Source: an uncultured Thermococci archaeon (GTDB lineage: Archaea; CAYQAE01; CAYVLA01). From it: a stretch of DNA of 52,546 bases. A program made the position numbers and the translations under genes. Each line of letters begins with the position of its first letter. Within the stretch, counting starts at the first letter, position 1. Location: assembly GCA_964549615.1 (NCBI GenBank), contig CAZJVP010000002.1, positions 1-52,546 of the forward strand, read 5' to 3'. The notes below the pieces were generated by a model, which was given only the letters and a program-made list of their open reading frames with translations, was not told the origin of the DNA and searched no databases. Shown piece after piece: positions 9,384 to 17,300 of the stretch.

Positions 9384-11069
9384 TCACCGAACGTAACGGC
9401 CATCTCGCGTCCTGACCTCCAGCTCGGTCTCCGGCGTGGTGTCGATCTCGCCCCGAATGTTGTACAGGGAGCGCTGCATGGTGGTCTTCACGACGATGGG
9501 GCCGGCGTTGAGCCTTATGGAGTCCGCGTTCTCCGGGACCACGCCTCTGACGACATTGACGCCGATCCTTGAAAAGAGTCCCTCGTTCCAGCAGACAAGC
9601 ATCACTCCCCTCGGGGTCAGGTGGGACGAGCAGATCTTCATAGGGTCACGCAGGTACTTGGGCGTCCCCGGGTCCTCCAGGAACGTCTGGTCCCTGCCGG
9701 AGTCCTTCGTCAGGTAAGGCATCGGGCTTGCCGTGTGATCCTTCCTTCTCAGCTCGTGGGGGATGACTGATACGATCCCCTCCTCCAGCTTCCGGCCCAG
9801 GATTCCGGCCGACCGGTACAGGGGCTCCACCATCCCCGGCTCAAACCAGCCGGAGCGGATGAGGAAGCCGTAGACTGCGAGCGCCTCTTCATACAGCCAG
9901 TGGCGGTAGAACAGGTCGCCCAGATCCTTCAGCGTGCGCTTCCCGTCAACCGCCGCCGGGACCTTGCCCAGGCAGCCCAGAGCTTTCTCATCGTCGCCGC
10001 CTGCGATCCTTGCAGCGGCCAGGGTGCACCAGACCAAGGCCTGGCCCTTGACATCGCCTTGCTCGAGCAGGGGGAGGAGGCTCTGCAGGATCCTGATCGC
10101 GTGCGCGGGATCTCTCCTAAGTAGGTGGGCTATCGCCCTTCGCGCCCCGACCTGCACCAAGAATGGCTTCCGTCTCTCGGAGGAGAGGCCAAGGTAGGTG
10201 GCCGCCTCGTCCAGATATCGCGCCGCCAGGTCGACGGAGCCGGCCTCCTGCGCCTCGACCCCCTTCTCGACCATGGCCCTGCCCAGCTCGCCGAAGATGA
10301 CCGACATCTTCTCGAGGGAGTCGCACTCGGTCGAACTCAGCCTGACACGCATCTCCTCGACCTTGGACAGCGGATCCTCGGATGAAGCGATCCCCTTGAC
10401 AAGGTCAAGCAGCGGCCGGACGTCCGATATCGCCTTCTTCTCGCCCCTCGTGAGGATCCCGCCTGCAAGGTAGTTTTGGACAAGGCCACCCGCCCCCGAC
10501 CTTACCACGGGCGGCGTCCTCTGCGCGGCTATCTGTCGCCTGATTTCTTGCTGCTGGGCCATGAAGGCCTCGGGGTTGGCGTTCTCCAGGAAGTGGCTGA
10601 GCAGCCTGTCGGTCACGATCTTGAGGAAGTGGGACGGGGATCTCCGGTGGAGCATCCCGGCGAACTGGTACGGGGTCATGATCTCCCCGACCGCAACCAT
10701 CCTTGCGTACTCCTGCCTGAGCAGGTAGTCGCTTGACACAAGCAGCGGCCTTTCCCCCGAGAGCGACAGTCCCGCCGCGATCAGGGCGTAGTCGGCCAAC
10801 GACTCACCCTGCGTCAGGCGGCAGGAGGTTTGCCCCATCACCTGCCTTGCCGCATCATCGCTGATGGGCAACGACCGGCAGCGCGAAAGCAGGACGCTTT
10901 TCATCTCCTTGCGGTGGATCTCGTCAAGCACCTGCCCCACGATCACCGGTTCAAACCCGGCCTTCCTTGCCTGATCCAGTATCTCGATCGCCGCGCTGAC
11001 GGCCTCGCTTAAGCTGAACTTGTGGTCCAGCGCGATGAAGACGTTGGAGTCAAACAGGGTCGGCGTCAT
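9384..11069 (-). CDS. PIN-domain nuclease fused to TPR-like helical region and a C-terminal beta-rich domain
   Basis: N-terminal LFDSNVFI..VLDEI..SLADYALI..LVSSD gives a full acidic PIN tetrad; central helical repeats (A..YL..A, KALGCL, YEEALAVY). ATG 11069 lies 8 nt after the SMC stop; the ORF track extends to 11102. Confidence 0.8.
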   Translation of the reverse strand: MTPTLFDSNVFIALDHKFSLSEAVSAAIEILDQARKAGFEPVIVGQVLDEIHRKEMKSVLLSRCRSLPISDDAARQVMGQTSCRLTQGESLADYALIAAGLSLSGERPLLVSSDYLLRQEYARMVAVGEIMTPYQFAGMLHRRSPSHFLKIVTDRLLSHFLENANPEAFMAQQQEIRRQIAAQRTPPVVRSGAGGLVQNYLAGGILTRGEKKAISDVRPLLDLVKGIASSEDPLSKVEEMRVRLSSTECDSLEKMSVIFGELGRAMVEKGVEAQEAGSVDLAARYLDEAATYLGLSSERRKPFLVQVGARRAIAHLLRRDPAHAIRILQSLLPLLEQGDVKGQALVWCTLAAARIAGGDDEKALGCLGKVPAAVDGKRTLKDLGDLFYRHWLYEEALAVYGFLIRSGWFEPGMVEPLYRSAGILGRKLEEGIVSVIPHELRRKDHTASPMPYLTKDSGRDQTFLEDPGTPKYLRDPMKICSSHLTPRGVMLVCWNEGLFSRIGVNVVRGVVPENADSIRLNAGPIVVKTTMQRSLYNIRGEIDTTPETELEVRTRDGRYVR

Positions 11070-11077
11070 TTCCGTGC

Positions 11078-12952
11078 CTACAGGGCGATCACGTTTGCCC
11101 ATCCGCCCTCGACGAGGGCCGGCTCGTTGCTGGTCACTATGATCTGGTCAGGGGCTGGGACCTCCCTGAGGAACTCCCTCATCTTGGCCACGTGCTCGGC
11201 GTCAAGGTGCTCGGTCGGCTCGTCCAGGACCATGAAGTCCGAGCTCACCATGGACTGTGCCAGCGCGAACCTTATCGCCAAGAAGCAGAGCATCTTCTCG
11301 GACGCCGCCATGGTCGAAGCCTGAATCTCATGTCCCTCCCTCTCGGCCACCGGCAAGAGCATGTTCTTCTCAAGGTCCACGTGCCACCCCTCGAAGATCC
11401 CCAGCTTCAGCACCGAACCCGTCGCAAGCTGCTCGATCTTCTTGATCGGTATTGACCCCAGCTCCACGACGGTGGCCTCGCAGGCCTCCCTGAGTAGCTT
11501 CGAGAGCGCCTTCGATCTCTGAACCTCCGCTTCCTGGTTCTCAAGCTCTTGCAGCCTCTCCTCAGCCGCCTTGAGCGCCGCCTGGTCAGCCACCACCCGG
11601 TCACGGCTGGCCATAACCTCCTCGAGCCTGGACTGTATCTCGGCAAGGCGGGCGTCGGTCTCCTCCACCATCTCGGCGCCCTTCACCCTCTGTCTCAGGT
11701 CTTGGACCTCCTTTTCCAGCCTCTCAATCTCCTTCTGGCGCTCGGCGAGGGCCTGCTGCAGGCTCTCTAGTGCCTCGATCTTTCGCCGGAGCCTGTCCTT
11801 CTTCTCGAGCCCGTCCTGCACCGCCTGCCTTTCCCTCTGGGCCTGCTGCGCGGCCTGCGCCGCCCGGGCAAGCTCCTGCTCCACGGACTCCAGCTCGCGC
11901 TTCTTCTCGGCGATGATCGAGTCCAGTATCTGGGGCGTGATCTTCTGGTGGCAGGTCGGGCACTCCCCGATCCCCTTCGCCTTCAGCGCCTGGACCGACG
12001 CCAGCGCGTCCCTGAGCAACAGGCTCCTCCCCCTCGCCTCGTCCCGCTTTCCCGACAGCTCCCTCTCCGCATCCAGCTTGGCCTTGAGTTCGTCCTGGGT
12101 CGCAGCGATGGATTCCATCTCGGACCTTATGGCTTCCAGGCTCGGGTACGGACCCTTCTCGGTTCCCAGCCTGCCTTCAAGCGACTTCCTCTCCGCGTCC
12201 AGGCGCTCCAGCCGCTCCTCGGCCATGCTGAGCTTCAGGCTGTCGTCGGCCAGGCCCTTGAGCGAGGCCTTCTGCTGGAGCAACCGCTCCTTCTCAGCGT
12301 TGAGCGCCTCCAACTCCCGGTTGAGCCGGTCAAGCTCGCCGATCAGCGGCTTTGCCTTCAGCACGGTCAGGTTCGTGGCGGCCTGGGCGAAGGCCTTTTC
12401 CAGCTCCCTTGCCCGTGCGTTGACCCGGCTCTGCCACTCCTTCGCCGCATCGGCTATCTCCTCAAGCCTCTCCAGCCTGATCAGCGACTTGACGAACTCC
12501 TTCCTCTTCATCGGCGTGCTGCTGGCAAGGTACTCGGGGATCTCCCCCTCCTTCATGAACACGGCCTGGGTAAGCTCAGGAAACCTGGCCTGAAGGAGCT
12601 CGGCTATCTTTAGGTCCACCGATGAGCCGCTCGCCAGCTCTGACACCTCGGAGCCGCCCTCGAGCCTGAGTAGGTGCGACTGCTTGCGGGTCGGCCTCCG
12701 CCTCACCCTGTAGGCCTCGCCGCCTATGGTCAGGTCAAGCTCGACCACGGCGTCCTTGGATGCCGCCCTGACGAAGTCGGCCGGCTTCGCCTTCGGCGCG
12801 AGCACCTCGCCCGTGAGGGCATAGAACATCGCGTTCACCAGGCTGGTCTTCCCGGAGAAGTTCTTGCCGTAGAGGACGTTCCTGCCCGGCTTGAACTCGA
12901 CGGCCTTCTGCTCGAACGGCCCCCAGTCGCGCACAGCCAGTCGGGTGATCAT
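11078..12952 (-). CDS. Rad50/SbcC-like SMC-family ATPase, short (624 aa), with zinc hook
   Basis: Walker A GKNFSGKTS; long coiled coils; central CPTC (res 331-334, nt 11951-11962); Walker B/D-loop MVLDEPTEHLD; atypical Q-loop, signature and H-switch. Confidence 0.9.
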   Translation of the reverse strand: MITRLAVRDWGPFEQKAVEFKPGRNVLYGKNFSGKTSLVNAMFYALTGEVLAPKAKPADFVRAASKDAVVELDLTIGGEAYRVRRRPTRKQSHLLRLEGGSEVSELASGSSVDLKIAELLQARFPELTQAVFMKEGEIPEYLASSTPMKRKEFVKSLIRLERLEEIADAAKEWQSRVNARARELEKAFAQAATNLTVLKAKPLIGELDRLNRELEALNAEKERLLQQKASLKGLADDSLKLSMAEERLERLDAERKSLEGRLGTEKGPYPSLEAIRSEMESIAATQDELKAKLDAERELSGKRDEARGRSLLLRDALASVQALKAKGIGECPTCHQKITPQILDSIIAEKKRELESVEQELARAAQAAQQAQRERQAVQDGLEKKDRLRRKIEALESLQQALAERQKEIERLEKEVQDLRQRVKGAEMVEETDARLAEIQSRLEEVMASRDRVVADQAALKAAEERLQELENQEAEVQRSKALSKLLREACEATVVELGSIPIKKIEQLATGSVLKLGIFEGWHVDLEKNMLLPVAEREGHEIQASTMAASEKMLCFLAIRFALAQSMVSSDFMVLDEPTEHLDAEHVAKMREFLREVPAPDQIIVTSNEPALVEGGWANVIAL

Positions 12953-12955
12953 CCC

Positions 12956-13132
12956 TTACTCCCCCACAAGCTTCGCCAGCTCTACGTCCGGCCTTGCGTC
13001 CTTGTCCTCGAACATCCGCTTGAAATAGGCCTCAAGCTTCTCGATGTCCTCCATGCTGACCAGCTTCTCCTTGGCCGCCAGCCCCCTGAGCTTCTCGGAG
13101 AAGATGCTCAGGGGCGAAACCCTATCCTGCAT
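12956..13132 (-). CDS. Small 58-aa helical protein coupled to the SMC gene
   Basis: MQDRVSPLSIFSEKLRGLAAKEKLVSMEDIEKLEAYFKRMFEDKDARPDVELAKLVGE; purine-rich GGGGGAAGAAGG before the ATG; stop is 3 nt before the SMC ATG. Confidence 0.65.
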   Translation of the reverse strand: MQDRVSPLSIFSEKLRGLAAKEKLVSMEDIEKLEAYFKRMFEDKDARPDVELAKLVGE

Positions 13133-13196
13133 CCTTCTTCCCCCTTCGGTGCCCGTGCCCGCCTGCTCGGCGGGAGTCCCGATGAAGCCAGCCCCG

Positions 13197-13985
13197 TTAC
13201 GCGTTGCACTCCGCGTCAAGGAAGAGCCTGCCCGTCCTTTCAAGCCCAACCTTGACCTTCTTGCCCTCGGACGCCACGCTGACCAGGTCCTTGCGCCTCA
13301 GGGATTCAAGGTGATAGACCACGTTTGACCTTGGGACCCTCTTTCTCCCCGTCCTGACCCGCTGCGCCAGTTCCTTGAGCGACTCCGCACCTCCCTCCGC
13401 CAAGCCCTTGAGGATCGCGCGCTCGGTCTCGCTGAGGGGCTCCACGGGGAGGGGAGACAGCTCCAGGATCTCCTTGACCCCGCTCGCCATCCCCTTCTGC
13501 AGGAACTCGTCCACGACCGCCTTCGCCCCCTCAAGTGACTCCTGGGACGGCTTACCTGCCGCCTCAAGCAGCGCCTCCACCATCCTTCCCTGCCTGTACT
13601 CCTCCGGCTTGACGTACAGCAGCCTCACCTGTCCCAGCGGCCTGCACATGGAGGCGGCCATCACGATGGCCACAAGTTCCAGCCTTGGCGCTGCCGAAAG
13701 GTTCACCAGGACCTTCTTCCCCAATGAGAGCTCGCTCTTGAGCAACGCGGATATCTGCCTGAACATGGCGTCGAAGTCGTAGATGTCCACCTCCACCGAG
13801 CGAATCCTGACCGGGAGCTGCCTGAGCTTCTCCAGGAAGTGGTCCTCAAGCGAGTGCTCCCCCGGGTACTCCTCGTTCTTGCTGCGCAAAAGCACCAGCT
13901 CATCCACGGGGTGCTCCAGCATCGGCGCGACTATCCTGTCGTACTCGAACCCGACCGGCACAATGTGGACGCAGGGCTGCCTCAT
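13197..13985 (-). CDS. CARF-like Rossmann domain + winged-HTH transcriptional regulator (DUF6293/HFX_2341-like, Csa3-like architecture)
   Basis: N-terminal VHIVPVGFEYDRI, VLVNLSAAPR, LLYVKPEEY; C-terminal LSETERAIL..SLKELA..RSNVVYHLESLRRKDLV wHTH. Confidence 0.8.
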   Translation of the reverse strand: MRQPCVHIVPVGFEYDRIVAPMLEHPVDELVLLRSKNEEYPGEHSLEDHFLEKLRQLPVRIRSVEVDIYDFDAMFRQISALLKSELSLGKKVLVNLSAAPRLELVAIVMAASMCRPLGQVRLLYVKPEEYRQGRMVEALLEAAGKPSQESLEGAKAVVDEFLQKGMASGVKEILELSPLPVEPLSETERAILKGLAEGGAESLKELAQRVRTGRKRVPRSNVVYHLESLRRKDLVSVASEGKKVKVGLERTGRLFLDAECNA

Positions 13986-13987
13986 CT

Positions 13988-14018
13988 GCGTTCCTTGGGG
14001 AACGCCTGTTCTTAAATA
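13988..14018 (-). promoter_or_regulatory. Archaeal TATA box plus palindromic operator for the CARF-SMC-PIN operon
   Basis: Minus-strand TATTTAAG at 14011-14018, about 26 nt before ATG 13985. Perfect inverted repeat GCGTTCC-ttgg-GGAACGC at 13988-14005. Confidence 0.65.
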
Positions 14019-14288
14019 TGTTTGCCAGAAGACACAAATAGTTGTTACGAAACCGCCTGAATGGTCGCAAAATCATGGACAGGGGATTGTTCCATGTGCC
14101 GAATCCTCGTCGCCCTCCTGGGCGGCCTGGCCGTGCCCGTGGTCGGTCCAGCGCGAGCAGGCGCCAAGACAGCGGAGGCAGGAGGCATGCCGTCCAGCTA
14201 CTTGGTGAACTCTACGCGAGGGCTGAGGCTTGGGCGCCCCAGGGAGATTTATCTGATCCCGCCTCCCATCTCGGGCTGAGGAGACTCC

Positions 14289-14708
14289 GTGGCAGCGCCC
14301 GAACTGAACCTCGCGAAGGCTGCCAAAAGGCTTGCAGCCGGGCTCTCTAGGGTTCCAGGGATAATCTGCGTCTACCTCTTCGGATCCGCGGCCAGGGGGG
14401 ACAGCAACGCGCTCAGCGACATCGACCTAGCCGTACTCCTTGAGCCTAGCCACGGAGGCGAGATGTCCAAGGCCGCCGAGGTGTTGGCAAGAGTCTTCGG
14501 GGAGAAGGCCGACATCTCGGATCTAGCTGAACTTCCGTTGTCCGTTCAGTTCAGGGCGATAAGGGATGGGGTGCTTCTCTACGTCGCCGATGACCTCGCG
14601 AGAGCCAGGTTCGAGGCCCGCGTCATCGAGGAGTACCTGGACATGGAGTTCCACAGGGAGGAATACCTAGGAGAGTGGTTTGGGGATGCCAGGCCGAGTG
14701 GATCGTGA
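14289..14708 (+). CDS. MntA-like minimal nucleotidyltransferase antitoxin
   Basis: YLFGSAARGDSNALSDIDLAV; C-terminal EEYLDME; overlaps the downstream DUF86 gene. Confidence 0.9.
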   Translation: MAAPELNLAKAAKRLAAGLSRVPGIICVYLFGSAARGDSNALSDIDLAVLLEPSHGGEMSKAAEVLARVFGEKADISDLAELPLSVQFRAIRDGVLLYVADDLARARFEARVIEEYLDMEFHREEYLGEWFGDARPSGS

Positions 14709-15422
14709 ACTCGTCGCGGCCAAGTTCATGCTGATCAAAGACAACGTCAAGCAACTCAGGAAGCTTGCGGCACTTCCGAAGGAAGCGTTTCTTGCGGATC
14801 CGATCCGGAGGGCTGCCGCGGAGAGGATGTTGCACATATCCATCGAGGCTGCGGTCGACATATGTAGCCATGTAATATCCGTCGAGAAGCTAAGGAAACC
14901 GGAGCACTATGCCGATATCCCCTCGATCCTGAAGGAGGCGCACGTCCTTGGTGAAGATGTCGCGACCAGCCTGGTCGACATGATCAAGTTCAGGAACATC
15001 CTCGTGCACCTGTACGCTGTTGGGTAAAGTGACATATGTTACACTTTTCCGCCTTCCCGCTCCGGCGGCCTTCCACCGAGCGATCAACTTTCGTATGCCC
15101 ATCGATGCGCAGGACTTCGAACAAGACATTCGGGAGGCGGGTTGAGTCCTTTCTCTCCTCCGGGGAGGAAGAAACCTCAAGAAGTCAGTCCACCCATTCG
15201 AGACACTCGGTCGCGGGCAGGAGCGCCATGACTCCCCATGACTCCTCGGACTGAGGCATGGAGAGTCCTCTGCAGAGTGTAACATATGTGGGTTTACCCA
15301 ACATCGTGCACCTGTACGCGAAGCTTGATGTAGAGAGGCCTCACGACATCCTCCGGAACAATCTGGACGACTTCGACAGGTTCGAAGACGACATCGTGCG
15401 GTACGTGAAGCGCACAGGGTAG
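14686..15422 (+). pseudogene. HepT-like (DUF86) HEPN RNase toxin interrupted by an insertion
   Basis: AAERMLHISIEAAVDI..KFRNILVHLY (Rx4H-x-Y). Removing 15018-15319 restores the frame: ..RNILVHLYAKLDVERPHDILRNNLDDFDRFEDDIVRYVKRTG*, stop at 15420-15422. Confidence 0.9.
15018..15303. mobile_element. 286-bp non-autonomous insertion element (MITE) with 28-bp TIRs and 16-bp target-site duplication
   Basis: Left TIR TGTTGGGTAAAGTGACATATGTTACACT (15018-15045); right TIR 15276-15303 reverse-complements to TGTTGGGTAAACCCACATATGTTACACT (25/28). Flanked by identical TCGTGCACCTGTACGC at 15002-15017 and 15304-15319. Confidence 0.93.
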
Positions 15423-15941
15423 CTGGAGCGGTGGGGCCGCGAAGGTGATAAGGCCGAATGCGGTCTACGCGTTTGATCCGGGTGGCCGCCCAATCCCTGA
15501 GACTTCCCTGTTGGGTTCCCTGGCGACGATCATATGCGCATGCTCGCTGAGGGATTTGAGCTGCGTTGGTAAGACTCCCTGAGCGACGGCGGCCAGATAC
15601 CCTTCTACTCCAGGCCCCAAGTCCCGGCAAGCCAACGGCCCGCGATGCCCGTCTGGGCGCCTTGGACATCACCCGCTCCCTTCAGCACGCCGCGTCAGCC
15701 CTTCCAGGATCTCCTCAGTACGGCGGCAAAGCCGGATCTGGAGCCACCCCGCGCCAGCTGGAACGAGCAAGTGATCGACAGATCGACCATCGGGCCGGGA
15801 TTCGCGGGTCGGCCATTTCGCCGGAAGCAATAGGATCAACGAGCGGCGCAAAGAAACAACCGGCAGAAAACATCCCCGGGCCACAAGCGGAACAGAAAGG
15901 CGAAGCGCGGGCCAAGCCAAAGCCACGAAGCAGGGGATGCC

Positions 15942-16283
15942 TCAACGAACCTCCTCGAGCTTGTCGATGAACCGGCTATACCATCGCTCGAGCTCTCCGC
16001 TTGAAACGATGTGCAGCTCTATGGGAGCGTCGATTGCCCCCAGGATCCGGGCCTTGGCCCTCGTGGCCTCCTCTCGGTCGACGCCGTCCACGACTATGAG
16101 GATGTCGATGTCGCTGCTGGCCGTGTACCTCTTATCCAGAACGGATCCGAACACATAGAGCCTGCAGTCCTTCCAGATCTGCCGTGCCGCCTCCTTTACT
16201 CTCCTTGCCACGTCCCTATAGGCCTCAAGCTGGCCGAGGGCCCTTTCGCCCGCCTTGATGTAGGGATCAAAGCTGCTCGACAA
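15942..16283 (-). CDS. Minimal nucleotidyltransferase (MNT)
   Basis: YVFGSVLDKRYTASSDIDILIV, PIELH; probable TTG start overlapping the HEPN stop. Confidence 0.85.
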   Translation of the reverse strand: MSSSFDPYIKAGERALGQLEAYRDVARRVKEAARQIWKDCRLYVFGSVLDKRYTASSDIDILIVVDGVDREEATRAKARILGAIDAPIELHIVSSGELERWYSRFIDKLEEVR

Positions 16284-16653
16284 TCGGTCCGAAAACCTCC
16301 TTCGCGAACCTGAGCATGCTCCTGACCTCGAGAGGCTCATGCTGCCTCGGCAAGTACCGGGCGGCGATGTATGCGTCCTCAATCTTGGTCAGCAGCACGA
16401 GGCTGTTTTCATCCTGAAGGAGGGCTCCCAGTTTCTGGGCGCCCGTTCCGAGATGGCGGATCAGTCGGACGAGGGAATGCGTTCTCGGGTAGGTACCCGT
16501 CTTCAATAGGAGCTTGTGCTTAAGGAGAAGTTGACAATACTGCTCGATGCTGAAAGCTGCTAGGTCCCAGACCTCCTCCGCCATCAGTCTTTCCGCGTTC
16601 CTCAGGAAGGCCTGCGCTCTCTCTCTCAGGGCTTCCGCCTCTTCGAAGGACAT
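16267..16653 (-). CDS. HEPN-domain protein
   Basis: AFLRNAERL..DLAAFSIEQYCQLLLK..YPRTHSL..YIAARY; TTTATAAG TATA box about 30 nt upstream (16683-16690, minus strand). Confidence 0.88.
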   Translation of the reverse strand: MSFEEAEALRERAQAFLRNAERLMAEEVWDLAAFSIEQYCQLLLKHKLLLKTGTYPRTHSLVRLIRHLGTGAQKLGALLQDENSLVLLTKIEDAYIAARYLPRQHEPLEVRSMLRFAKEVFGPIVEQL

Positions 16654-17300
16654 TTGACACCGAACCGGATTACGCCTCACTGCTTATAAAGGGCCCCATG
16701 CCCCGGATGTCGCGTCCGAATCCACGATTTTGGAGAGCCTTGCTTCGCAGCGCTGGATCGCTGTGTCCGCACTCGTCCGGGCGTCCTGGATCCAACAACT
16801 CTCCCTCACGACGCTGACGGTGAACGCGCAACTCCAGCCCTCGTTCCAAACCTTGTTTCCGCCCTACAACCCAAACGTCTCCGCCTTCGCCATGGCCGCG
16901 GGCATCATCCCGGTAACGACCAGCATGAACAAGCCCGGGGGACGGGAGCCCTCAGAGACGAAGCCTCGGGCGAGGAGCGGGTCTGCCCCGGCAAACCAGC
17001 GACCTAACCCAGAACGACCTACTGCGAACACAGGTCTGGGTCGCCCCCTTGAGTGTAACACAAGAAGGCAGCCCCAATATCCACCAAAAGGGCTCGGTAA
17101 TGTCGCACTTGAGCGGCATGACGCGGGAGGGGACAGACCGGGAGGCTGCAAGGCTCGAACTGCAGCCTAGCCCCAGTCGAGAAAACCATCCCCTGTAGTC
17201 TCGAAATAGACCGCCCCTTCCTCCGCGTCTCGGACCACATGCAAGGAACGCTGACTCCGCTCCGCCATCCGTTGGTTAGCTCGGATCACGCTCAGACGGG

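Noticed and set aside
11571-12593. Long antisense ORFs (e.g. 340 aa here; 23163-24332; 19788-20729)
   Set aside because: Shadow ORFs opposite well-supported genes in high-GC DNA, with Ser/Arg/Pro-rich non-protein-like composition.
11078-12952. Housekeeping Rad50 of the Mre11-Rad50 repair complex, or a Wadjet/condensin SMC
   Set aside because: No mre11, herA, nurA, scpAB or jetABD neighbours; it has a zinc hook rather than a hinge, is short, and has degenerate motifs. A distant partner elsewhere in the genome cannot be excluded.
14890-15672. 260-aa minus-strand ORF spanning the MITE as a transposase
   Set aside because: Extends beyond both TIRs, has no DDE or HTH pattern, and is Arg-rich like a spurious ORF.
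17051-17060. GAGTGTAACA matching the inner part of the right TIR
   Set aside because: Only 10 bp, with no partner end or duplication.
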